DNA of 64,000 nt, taken from assembly GCA_951406725.2 (NCBI GenBank), contig OX597822.1, positions 16,740,001 to 16,804,000 on the forward strand. Reading direction: 5' to 3'. The DNA is from Octopus vulgaris (taxonomy: Eukaryota). Below the pieces are notes generated by a model that saw only the letters and a program-made list of their open reading frames with translations, was not told where the DNA came from and did no database searches. Of the stretch, positions 53,025 through 64,000 are shown in pieces; positions within the stretch are counted from its first letter, which is position 1; the number at the start of each line of letters is the position of its first letter. A program made the position numbers and the translations under genes.

Positions 53025-53466
53025 TCAGTAGTTTTATTTTTTATAGCGTGCTTTCACTTCACTACCGAGCGCAGCTCTGTGTGCCTTGGGTATGTGCTGT
53101 GATTTGTTGTGATGCTCTGATGGTTATTGTATGTAAAGTGTTCTGCGTATGATGTGTGCAGTGCCTAGTAGTGCAATTTTCTGTATGTTATATGTGTTTG
53201 TAAGTCCTGGTGTTTTTGTTATGTATTTGTCTGAATATTTTTTTAACATGCCTAATGCACCTACTATGATAGGAATTGTTTCTGTTTTTAGATTCCACAT
53301 TCTGGTTACCTCTATTTCCAGGTCTTTGTATTTTGAAAGTTTCTCCATTTCTTTTAGAGACACGTTGTCATCTGCTGGTATTGATACATCAATTAGAAAG
53401 CATTTTTTTTCTTCATGATCTCTGACAACTATATCTGGTCTGTTGGCCTTAATTTCTCTATCTGTG

Positions 53467-53468
<2 letters not shown>
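53025..53468 (-). mobile_element. 5'-truncated R4/Dong-type retrotransposon (RLE + 3' UTR) within (TAA)n
   Basis: TDREIKANRPDIVVRD..FLIDVSIP..KLSKYKDL..PIIVGALG..LLGTAHIIRR; TTA repeats on both sides. Confidence 0.92.
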
Positions 53469-53515
<47 letters not shown>

Positions 53516-53550
53516 ATTATTATTATTATTATCATTATCATTATTATTAG

Positions 53551-53660
53551 TCAGTAGTTTTATTTTTATAACGTGCTTTCACTTCACTACCGAGTGCAGC
53601 TCTGTGTACCTTGGGTTTGTGATGTGGCTTGCTGTGATGTTTTTGGTAATTTCTGGTTGT
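53551..53660 (-). mobile_element. R4/Dong 3'-UTR-only copy within (TAA)n
   Basis: Paralogous to 53025-53125, same orientation, flanked by TTA repeats. Confidence 0.85.
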
Positions 53661-53662
53661 TA

Positions 53663-53697
<35 letters not shown>

Positions 53698-53984
53698 AAT
53701 ATTATTATTATTATTATTATTATTATTATGATACAATTCATAGTGAACACAACTCCTTGCAAAGACTCCATGGATAACGCAACGAAGATAACAATTAAGA
53801 ATTTCCTATGATCTCTATATTTATTTGATTATCCAAAAAACCCGTGCTGTCTTGTGTAGCTTCGTGTGTTCTCCAAGATGGAGATGAGTATCACTGTTCG
53901 ATGTGGCAGGCTTGATAATTGTTGAGAGATTTCTTTTGGCATGAAACCAATGATAGGCTTGCTAATCCCCAAATAAAATATACT

Positions 53985-54011
<27 letters not shown>

Positions 54012-54020
<9 letters not shown>

Positions 54021-54452
54021 TAAAAAGAATTCCAACCTTGTCTGATTTTCACGTTTTATTTACAATCTTATAATGATATATTATAAGATAATATATTATA
54101 ATTGAATAAAATAAAATGAAATAGTAGAATGTTAAATGTTCATTCTGATTGAACTAGTACTTTCATGCATTGAATTCTGCAATCTTCGGGTTCATGTAGT
54201 AGTGGTGACAGTCATGCTTCACAATTTTTGACTGTCAAAAATTGTGAAGCATGACTGTCAACACTACTACATGAACCCGAAGATTGCAGAATTCAATGCA
54301 TGAAAGTACTAGTTCAATCAGAATGAACATTTAACATTCTACTATTTCATTTTATTTTATTCAATTATAATATATTATCTTATAATATATCATTATACGA
54401 TTGTAAATAAAACGTGAAAATCAGACAAGGTTGGAATTCTTTTATTAATATA
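54012..54452. repeat. Near-perfect ~440-bp palindrome centred at 54233
   Basis: Arms of ~220 bp, 1-nt spacer (TTTTTGAC-T-GTCAAAAA), 2 substitutions and 1 indel seen; each arm has a hammerhead-like motif. Confidence 0.95.
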
Positions 54453-54477
54453 TTCTTCTATACACAATCACTCACAC

Positions 54478-54521
<44 letters not shown>

Positions 54522-55059
54522 CACTATACTTGTTCCACGTCCTCGCGTTGTTGTGTTTTCTCTTTGTGTTTTCATGTTTGGATGAACTATATATATATAT
54601 ATATATACACAAATATGAGAGAGAATCCACTATGTGGACGCTCTAACGCTAAAGATAAATCCGCAAGAGTCTCAACCACTAAGAATTCTTCTCAAGAAAA
54701 ATTTAGCACGCTATGGCTAGTCTATTTTTCTCCCTCTGTCTTATCTCATGGTGCGATATGAACATTTAAAGTGTTTTTTGGAGTCAGGGATTTGACTCCT
54801 ATTTCGGCATGGTGGTGTCTCTCGGACACCCTTATTTATAGTTGTATAAAAATTATTACCTTTGTATGGTATTTTTCCCATGCTGGGAATAATATCGATA
54901 TTTAAACATCGATATTATCCTTATTTATAAATTTATATATATATATGTTGGCCTGCTCGCTTAGCCAGCGGGATGGCGTCATTTGAAGGCTAAGACAATG
55001 CGAACGAATGGTGACCAGCGATGTGTAACAACATCTGATGGTCTGGTCGGTCACGTGAT

Positions 55060-55118
<59 letters not shown>

Positions 55119-55288
55119 CACATACTTAGTGGTTGAGACTCTTGCGGATTTATCTTTAGCGTTAGAGCGTCCACATAGTGGATTCTCTCTCATATTTGTG
55201 TATATATATATATATATATATAGTTCATCCAAACATGAAAACACAAAGAGAAAACACAACAACGCGAGGACGTGGAACAAGTATAGTG

Positions 55289-55320
<32 letters not shown>

Positions 55321-55347
55321 GTGTGAGTGATTGTGTATAGAAGAATA
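54451..55347. repeat. Inverted duplication, arms ~54451-54683 and ~55125-55347
   Basis: TATTCTTCTATACACAATCACTCACACCC..TCTCAACCACTAAG is mirrored around a ~440-bp spacer. Confidence 0.92.
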
Positions 55348-55762
55348 GGCGCAGGAGTGGCTGTGTGGTAAGTAGCTTCCTTACCAACCACATGGTTCCG
55401 GGTTCAGTCCCACTGCGTGGCATCTTGGGCAAGTGTCTTCTGCTATAGCCCCGGGCCGACCAAAGCCTTGTGAGTGGATTTGGTAGACGGAAACTGAAAA
55501 GAAGCCTGTCGTATATATATATATATATGTATGTGTGTGTATGTGTTTGTGTGTCTGTGTTTGTCCCCCTAGCATTGCATGACAACCGATGCTGGTGTGT
55601 TTATGTCCCCGTTACTTAGCGGTTCGGCAAAAGAGACCGATAGAATAAGTACTGGGCTTACAAAGAATAAGTCCCGGGGTCGGGTTGCTCGATTAAAGGC
55701 GGTGCTCCAGCATGGCCGCAGTCAAATGACTGAAACAAGTAAAAGAGTAAAAGAGTAAGAGT
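55348..55762 (+). mobile_element. Full-length long tRNA-derived SINE with internal microsatellite
   Basis: A-box-like TGGCTGTGTGG, B-box-like GGTTCAGTCCC, (GTAAAAGA)n tail; many paralogues in the window. Confidence 0.9.
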
Positions 55763-55806
<44 letters not shown>

Positions 55807-55813
55807 TATATAA

Positions 55814-55849
<36 letters not shown>

Positions 55850-55862
55850 CATACATACATAT

Positions 55863-55946
<84 letters not shown>

Positions 55947-56856
55947 CTTGCACATACATGCATACATATGCACGTGCATACAAGATGATCTTGGCAATGA
56001 TGCTGAATTCTAATGAAGGAGATTTGTTTCTAGGTTAGGACTTTTTCTCTGCCAGAGAGAAATCTTAAAATAAAACTAGAACATACATACAGAGACAAAT
56101 GAGAGTAAGAACTGTCTTGCTTCAGTTTGTCTTCTATATTTTCGTAGCCTATAGTTATTAACACACGTGTTCTAATAAGAAGCATACTCGTCTTCTTTTA
56201 TTACTTTTTAAATTTAAATTAGTTTTAAAATTGAATACTTTTCTGCATATTGATTGCTGTTTTCTGTGATACTATTAGCTGAATGGTATCACACGTTCTT
56301 TCCATTTTACGAGGTACTTGTTATTTGGGGTTTTTTTTCTTTCTTCCTTTACTTCCCTGAACAATATGCAGCGTTATAATAGAGTTTTTGTACTATAATA
56401 ACATCGCTGAATGAGCTCTGCAGATTATTTTTGTAACAATTTTATTTGAACAACACTAACAGTTGATATTAATTAGGCAAGACTTGAAGTATAGCACATG
56501 TCTTGCTTAAATAATGAGGTAGAGGTGAAACACTGCAGGCAGAAATTATCATATTTCCGGGTGTATTGTGAGCAATGAAACAGTCAACATGACGGTAAAA
56601 ATAGTGCAGGAAGAAAATATGTAAACCACAAATTAAATATGAAACCACAACCACAAATGTACTTACTCGAAAGGAACCTGTTTTCTTTGTGCTTTAACAG
56701 ACGTACAGGCATAGTGCTACAGTGTGTGTGTGGGTGTATACATATATATGCATATATATATATATTTATGTATATATATATATGTTTATACATGCATGCA
56801 TATAAATATATACAAATAGAACGGAAGAGAGGAGGAAGAAGAAAGAGATAAGGGGT

Positions 56857-57411
56857 ATATGTACATACATACACACATATACATACATGCATACACACCA
56901 CATATATGTAAGTGCATGTGTATGTGTATATAAATATATATGTATAAGGATGAAAAGGAACACACGAGTTGATATATATGAAAAAACAAGTCAAGATAGA
57001 AAATGCTAAAATAATTTTATAAAGAACATTTCAGTACCGGTTTTGGTCATTTGAGACCTTTTCAACTGTAACAATTGTGTAAACAAGAGAGTAAACAAGA
57101 GAGACAGAGAAAGGTAGAAACAAGAAAAATGCCACTTATATTTGAACACTATACAAATAATCTTTAAAAAAAACTTTTCTTTTAATTTTTCTAAATTTAA
57201 TTTTTTAATTGTTACAGTTGAAAAGGTCTCAAATGACCGAAATGTTCTTTATAAAATTATTTTAGCATTTTCTATCTTGACTTGTTTTTTTCATATATAT
57301 CAACTCGTGTGTTCCTTTTCATCCTTATACATATATATTTATATACACATACACATGCACTTACATATATGTGGTGTGTATGCATGTATGTATATGTGTG
57401 TATGTATGTAC

Positions 57412-57415
<4 letters not shown>
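56857..57415. repeat. Inverted duplication (56857-57076 / 57207-57415) carrying a U3:A8 hammerhead variant
   Basis: Arms are reverse complements apart from a 12-nt deletion in the right arm and few other changes; 130-bp spacer. Confidence 0.92.
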
Positions 57416-57478
<63 letters not shown>

Positions 57479-57511
57479 TGCATATACATACATGCATATA
57501 TATACATATAG

Positions 57512-57848
57512 TGAAGGCGCATGACTTAGTGGTTAGAGCGTTGAGCTTACGTTCGAGAGGTTGTGAGTTCGAATCCCGGATCGGGATGCGCGTTGTGTTC
57601 TTGAGCAAGACAATTTATTTCACGTTGCTCCAGTTCACTCACCTGTAGAAATGAGTTGCGACATCACAGGTGCCAAGCTGTATCGGCCCCTTTGCCTTTC
57701 CCTTGGATAACACGGGTAGCGTTGAGAAGGGAGGATGGTATGCATGGGCGACTGCTGGTCTTCCATAAACAACCTTGCCCGGACTTATGCCTGGGAGGGT
57801 AACTTCCTAGGTGCAATCCCATGGTCAGTCATGACCGAAGGAGGTCTC
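57512..57848 (+). mobile_element. tRNA-derived SINE, full length
   Basis: TGACTTAGTGG A box, GAGTTCGAATCC B box, body shared with the 1351 family but a different 3' half. Confidence 0.85.
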
Positions 57849-59538
57849 AGATATACATATATGTATATGTGTGTGTATACACACATACGCACGCTCATAC
57901 ACTCACGCATGTGCATACGCACACAGGCGTGTGCGTATGCACGTATGTATTTCTTATTTCTACATTTTGCTTTATACATCGACGTACATTCTCTCATTAA
58001 CCCTTTCTCTCGCATATACGCAAGCATCCACATATCCACATTCACACACACGCACAGTCATTTACATGTGCTTTCAGTTTGAATATTTCACAAGAGCTGT
58101 TATCAATAACGCTTAAATGACCAAATATTTTTTTTTAAATCCTAATACGCATTTCTAATGCTTATTATCAAGATATTTTATATTTTATGATATTCTGTAA
58201 TATTTTATTGTATTAATTTTCTTCAATAACTTAAATTTGAGTAATTCCTGGCACATTATGTACAGTTAAATTCAGTCTTCCTCAAATCACATTCAGAATT
58301 ATATCCATCCAGTCTTTCCGAAATTATATTATCTGCGTAGTCTCAACTTCAGTGTCTTCATGTTTTCTTGATGGAACTGTACAAGGAAATTAATCAATTA
58401 CCAAGAGTATAGGAATCAAATTGACAGTTTCTATATAATTAGTTACCACAGCAACGCTTTTCTACATGATACTATAAAAATCAATTCTGAGTTTATTTTC
58501 GTTCGGAAACTTTTATCCATTACTCTTACATTACTGTGTATCTGACTTCTAATACAATAGAAAGTGAAACTTTTAGAGATGTTTATGACAATCGAGGACA
58601 TCTGAAACAATTCTTCGGTTTTATGCAATTTAGCAAATGTATAATTATTGGCTGCCAATACAGCGTAGGTTGCAAAATGAATAAATATACATATCGTCAC
58701 GATCTTCTTATCTCTCACTCCCAAGACCACGATCCAAAGTAGCGTAAGACTGTGTATGGAAATGGTAAGCAACGATGTGCTTAGATGCATCTGATTTGCA
58801 TAATGGAACAAGGTTGACAGCCAAATACTTACAGAGTGTGGTTTATTATATAAATATTTATAGGATTCATGGCCGTATACATTTAGTCTCACTGTGTAAT
58901 TAGGTTTCGTGGGTAGGGGGGTATTTTTTGCAAATTGGATTGCGGATTGAATCAACGAGTGCTATTGTGACTTAACAGTTCATTGGGATCTGCTCACCTC
59001 ACCTTCCCACCATATCGAGCAGTGGAAGACTATAGAGTAATATGTATAGAAACATTTAATTAGACGCTACTCATTTGCATAATGATAAAAGAAGTCGTGA
59101 AACGTATGAGTCGATGGGAGAATGAACAACTTGTGTACACAGGGGTAGTTTCGATTTGCATTTAAATGGATGTGATGCCAGATATGATAAACTCTTAGAA
59201 AAGAAAAGATTAGAAGCGCATACAATGAAAACCTATTCTAAAGCACAACATTAAAAAAAAATTCAAATTTGCTGCCAATAAATGCATCACCCTAAACACA
59301 CGCCAATACACATACACGCAGACATACGTGTGTGTGTGTATATATATATATATCAAAATTTATCGGATACAGCTCTGCATCGTTAACCAGCCAAGGGAGA
59401 TGTCCTCTTGGAGTTAAAAAAATCGCAGTACAGCCTGTTCGAACGGACAGCCATGCTGAAGTGGTTACGAATATTACTTGTCAGCACAACTACTGCGGTG
59501 ATCTCTTAGAGAGATTTTAGAACTAGCATTTTTGCTTG

Positions 59539-59630
<92 letters not shown>

Positions 59631-59634
59631 TATG

Positions 59635-59670
<36 letters not shown>

Positions 59671-60450
59671 TAAAGTTACTTTGTTTGCCAACGAATGAAC
59701 TAAGAGTAGTATAATGTACAAAATATATTGCTTATTTAAACAGAATTCCTTTCTCGTGGCTCGAATTTCACGCTACGATATAAACTTTGTGTTGTGAATC
59801 TACTTGTCACTAATAACGAAACACTTTCCAGCCAAACAGAGCTATTCTAAAGGAAAAAATTGAAAACTCATCTAGAGCAGCACAATAAAGCCTTAAGTAT
59901 ATCATACAAAACATACAAAGAAATGCACTTCCTGCAGGTGAAAACAGATGCAATAACAGAGAGGCAAACCTCAGAAAAACATACTCTGCAAATAAACAAT
60001 ATTATTGAAAGGGAAAAATCGCAAAGAACAAATACATCGACGTTACTAGAGCGATTTTCAAAGCTAAATATATACAACAAATACACTTCCCCCGCAATTA
60101 TCGTCAATTTAAATAGAACATCTTTCTCAAAAAAATACTCTAGATTGGAAGATAAATACATAAACGCAAGATTTAATGGAAAATGAAAGGCTGAGCGGCC
60201 TTATACTGCTTCCAAAACATTTTCGTCTAAATCGCAAAAAAATACGGTATAATCACATACTTGCTAAACAAGAAATATGAAATCATGTCGCACTGCCGAC
60301 ACCAAAATAAATTCAACATCAGAAAATGTTCCCATATGAAGACAGGGTGGAAGACCAAAGATGTAGCAACGGCGGTGTGAGTTGTATAAAAAGAACCCCT
60401 ATCGAACAGTAAAGCAGAACACTTTTGAAATCTTGCATTATATCATTAAA

Positions 60451-60768
60451 CTGGCAGTATAGCCCAGCGTTGCTCGGGCTTGTTTTCTTTTCGACCCTTT
60501 AGAATTGGAATTTTTGAAAAGTAAAAGTTTTGCATTATGTAGCTTGTTATTCTCTTTAAGTGAACATTTTTCTGGTTGAAATACACCGAAAAATGGCGAC
60601 ACACCAGTCAAAAAATCGTAAAAAATAGGGATTTTCGTAGAAAAAAAGCACCTTTTTTATGTAAATAATTTTTGATCAACTTGCGCCGCAGGGTCTCGGA
60701 GGAGATAGTGTTAGTTGAAGGTGACCAAGCCTGCCATACACAGACAACTTCAGCTTTATATATATAGA
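60451..60768 (-). mobile_element. Non-autonomous Helitron (internally deleted copy)
   Basis: Minus strand: a|TCTATATATATAAAGCTGAA..CCCGAGCAACGCTGGG..CCAG|t, inserted between A and T; paralogue of 21920-22302. Confidence 0.85.
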
Positions 60769-62058
60769 TTAGACTTAAGCCAAATACCCATTCACTTTTT
60801 TACTTTCCTTTGCTTTTGTAACACGTAACGTGCTAATGCTGGTTCTTTTGCCGCTTTCTTTTTTTGCCGCTTTCTAAGAAACAAAAAATATCGCTTGATT
60901 TTTGATCAGATGAATGTCAGCCACGATTAACCCGTTTTATAAAGTTTATTTGGGAGAGATTTTGTTGTTATTTCCTGCAGATAGATTGACCAGTATAGGC
61001 TTTTCTCGTCGACTTCCTAACGCTGTATTTATAACGCATTTTATTGTATTTCATTAATTTTGTTTATTCTAAATTCCAGGATTGCCTTATCTGAGTTTCT
61101 TTGACCAGAATTAATCATCCATCTCACTGCGGGTTTAAGTACAGTTAAAGCGTAACTCGCGAACAGCTCGGTAACACTTCATCGTACTGTGTAATCGGAA
61201 GCAAACATAGCTACCCTCCTCTCGGCACTCGCACTTCTGGTCTCGCTTAAATATTGTGAATTACGAGAGATGAGTGGGGAAAGACTGCACCAGTGCCTGG
61301 TTGGAACTCGTTACAGCTGCGTAGACTGGAACAACGTGAAATAAAATGCCTTGCTGAAGGATACAACACACCAAATCGTTTAGAAATTGAATCTGCGACC
61401 TTATTATAAACCGAACACTCTAACCAGGAGGTCATGCGCCTTAACCATTAAAGACATACTTGGATCAATTTGTTCAAGAAAACCTTTCCTAGCCAGAAAA
61501 CCCTTCCCGGCATTTCTGCAGTCTTATAACTGAAATAAGTAAAAGCTAAAAGTTATGTATGTCAACGCCAATTTTATTGTTTTCTGATTTTCATGTTGTT
61601 ACTCTGGACTCGCAATTTTCACTGCTGATGTTTTCTTTCAACACCTACAACAATTTCTATGTGTTTAACGGTTAAAACTCTCTCCCCAATTATATTAGTG
61701 AAAATTTTTACTTCAGTCTGTTTATTGATGAGAAGCAGACAAAAAACAATTTCCAAACGCATAATTTCTCTATCGTCAATACGGTGTTGGTTAAGTTTGA
61801 AACAATATCAATTTAACTAAACATAGCAATTTTCTGCCCCATCTCATTACTTACCGTCTCCTCAATGCAAAGAAGTAAATATATGGCACAACGAAGTACC
61901 GATATTTACTGGAAATAGCGAACGTAATAATACGACGCTAATGTATAGCTTCACCGCGTATGTACTAGCAAAAATGCGTGAGTGCAACAAACTTGAAAAA
62001 AATTGTCTTACCTCCAGGGAGAACATCTGAAAGATGAAATACCTAGAAAAGGATAATG

Positions 62059-62130
62059 TGGGACCGGCGCCGGTTTCAGATTTTTCAAGATATGCCTGCA
62101 CACATATGCTTGATCTATCTTCATCAGCCA
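62059..62130 (-). ncRNA. Second (inverted) copy of the intact hammerhead motif
   Basis: Reverse complement of 62479-62550, differing only at two unpaired stem II positions. Confidence 0.9.
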
Positions 62131-62478
62131 ACATATACCACGACAACATTTCAGATGTTACAACATTAATACCAATACACTTGACTGAAACGCCGAAACG
62201 CTAACAGAACGAGAACGGTGAAGAAGTTTCAATAAAATTAGTAATGCAATACTAGAGTATTGTTTTCCAGAATAGCCCGTGAGGGAAAAATATTTATTTA
62301 CTTCTTTGTATATTTTTCCCTCACGGGCTATTCTTTACTGGAAAGCAATACTCTAGTATTGCATTACTGATTTTATTGAAACTTCTTCACCGTTCTTGTT
62401 CTGTTAGCGTTTCGGCGTTTCAGTCGAGTGTATTGGTATTAATGTGGTAACATCTGAAATCTTGTCGTGGTATATGTT

Positions 62479-62550
62479 TGGCTGATGAAGATAGATCAAG
62501 TATATGAGTGCAGGCATATCTTGAAAAATCTGAAACCGGCGCCGGTCCCA
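62479..62550 (+). ncRNA. Intact type I hammerhead ribozyme motif with extended stem II
   Basis: TGG-CTGATGA-AGAT-agat-CAAG-t-ATATG-agtgcagg-CATAT-CTTG-aaaa-ATCT-GAA-ACCGGCGCCGGT-C-CCA; GUC site, predicted cleavage after 62547. Confidence 0.9.
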
Positions 62551-62819
62551 CATTATCCTTTTCTAGGTATTTCATCTTTCAGATGTTCTCCCCGGAGGTA
62601 AGACAATTTTTTTCAAGTTTGTTGCACACACGCATTTTTGCTAGTACATACGCGGTGAAGCTATACATTAGCGTCGTATTATTACGTTCGCTATTTCCAG
62701 TAAATATCGGTACTTCGTTGTGCCATATATTTACTTCTTTGTATATTTTTCCCTCACGGGCTATTCTTTACTGGAAAGCAATACTTTAGTATTGCATTAC
62801 TAATTTATATATATATATG

Positions 62820-63210
62820 TGGAATGTGGAAGCACTCCGTCGGTTACGACGACGAGGGTTCCGGTTGATCCGAATCAACGGAACAGCCTGCTCGTGAAAT
62901 TAACGTGTAAGTGGCTGAGCACTCCACAGACACGTGTACCCTTAACGTAGTTCTCGGGGATATTCAGCGTGACACAGAGAGTGACAAGGCCGGCCCTTTG
63001 AAATACAGGTACAACAGAAACACGAAGTAAGAGTGAGAGAAAGTTGTGGTGAAAGAGTACAGCAGGGATCACCAACATCCCCTGCCGGAGCCTCGTGGAG
63101 CTTTAGGTGTTTTCGCTCAATAAACACTCACAACGCCCGGTCTGGGAATCGAAACCGCGATCCTATGACCGCGAGTCCGCTGCCCTAACCACTGGGCCAT
63201 TGCGCCTCCA
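62820..63210 (-). mobile_element. tRNA-derived (Arg-like) SINE with alternative 3' tail
   Basis: First ~185 nt match 47251-47435; the remainder matches the tail of the 1351/2545 family. Confidence 0.9.
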
Positions 63211-63218
63211 CATATATA

Positions 63219-63394
<176 letters not shown>

Positions 63395-63473
63395 ATTGCA
63401 GCGTGGGAGGTGTTTATAAGCCATTTAAGAAACACACAAAAGCCGTTCGATTCACTCCAACATTTAAGTTTAA

Positions 63474-63523
63474 TTTGTCAAAATATTTTCGTCGCTAAAA
63501 TCCGCGACCTGTTCACTGACAAA
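63474..63523 (-). ncRNA. Type I hammerhead ribozyme motif with swapped G3:C8 core pair
   Basis: Minus strand: TTTGTCA-GTGAACA-g-GTCGC-ggatttta-GCGAC-GAAA-atat-TT-TGACAAA, with 7-bp stem I, 5-bp stem II and palindromic stem III; lies in a ~170-bp element between TA-rich repeats. Confidence 0.82.
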
Positions 63524-64000
63524 GTCCGTGCTGCATCTAAGAAAGTAACAGTTAGTTCGTCATATATATGTATGTACGTATGTATGTGTGTATGTATGCA
63601 TACATGTGTGTATGTATGTACGTATTCATGTCCGCACATACGCCTGTGTATGCATGTATGTATGTATGTATGTATATATGTATGTGTATGTATAAGCACG
63701 CACATACACTCTATAAAACATAAAGTTATAAACCTGTAGCGATGGATGGATGTAGAGTGACCACTCATCACAACGCTATCAAATTTCAACTCCCTACGGC
63801 CGAGGCTATGTTTGATACGAACAGTCGCACCTAGGCGTTGTACCCATTCACGGTTAGACGACGATGAGAGGAACAAACACACACCCACACACATATATAT
63901 ATATGTGTGTGCGTCTATACAAACATATATGTAAATATGTATACAACCTTCAGCTAAGTAACAGTCATGTACACAACTTGGACGGACACATGCCAGTACA

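Larger units (their letters stand above)
61868..62806. mobile_element. Retrozyme/pLTR-like element: inverted copy plus ~433-bp unit with ~79-bp terminal direct repeat
   Basis: 61868-62292 is the reverse complement of ~62310-62742; 62295-62373 is repeated at 62728-62806; (TA)n follows. Confidence 0.9.

Noticed and set aside
58443-58955. 170-aa minus-strand ORF
   Set aside because: Composition typical of random AT-rich DNA; no motifs.
59755-59815. Possible hammerhead remnant on the minus strand (GCGTGAAATTCG)
   Set aside because: No recognisable CUGANGA-type core; too decayed to support.

Overview
AT-rich, repeat-saturated eukaryotic DNA with no recognisable host protein-coding gene. The SINE families, dense (TA)n/(TATG)n/(TTA)n microsatellites and transposon content suggest an animal genome, most likely an octopus or other cephalopod (inference). 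Almost all listed ORFs are microsatellite read-through. The real coding remnants are all transposon-derived: a decayed Neptune-type Penelope-like element (RT + GIY-YIG, about 5960-9585, minus), several 5'-truncated R4/Dong-type RLE retrotransposons associated with (TAA)n arrays, four RTE-type LINE pieces (one with a twin-priming 5' inversion), a mariner relic, two non-autonomous Helitrons and many tRNA-derived SINEs. The most interesting signal is a dense set of about 13 type I hammerhead ribozyme motifs in several unrelated short non-coding elements. Many lie in inverted-repeat or palindromic insertions next to (TA)n. They include intact canonical cores (45044, 62059, 62479) and catalytic-core variants with compensatory 3:8 pairs (G3:C8 at 63474, U3:A8 at 57032/57215). 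This points to a diverse Penelope-dependent, retrozyme-like system. All motifs were folded by eye and none has been tested.
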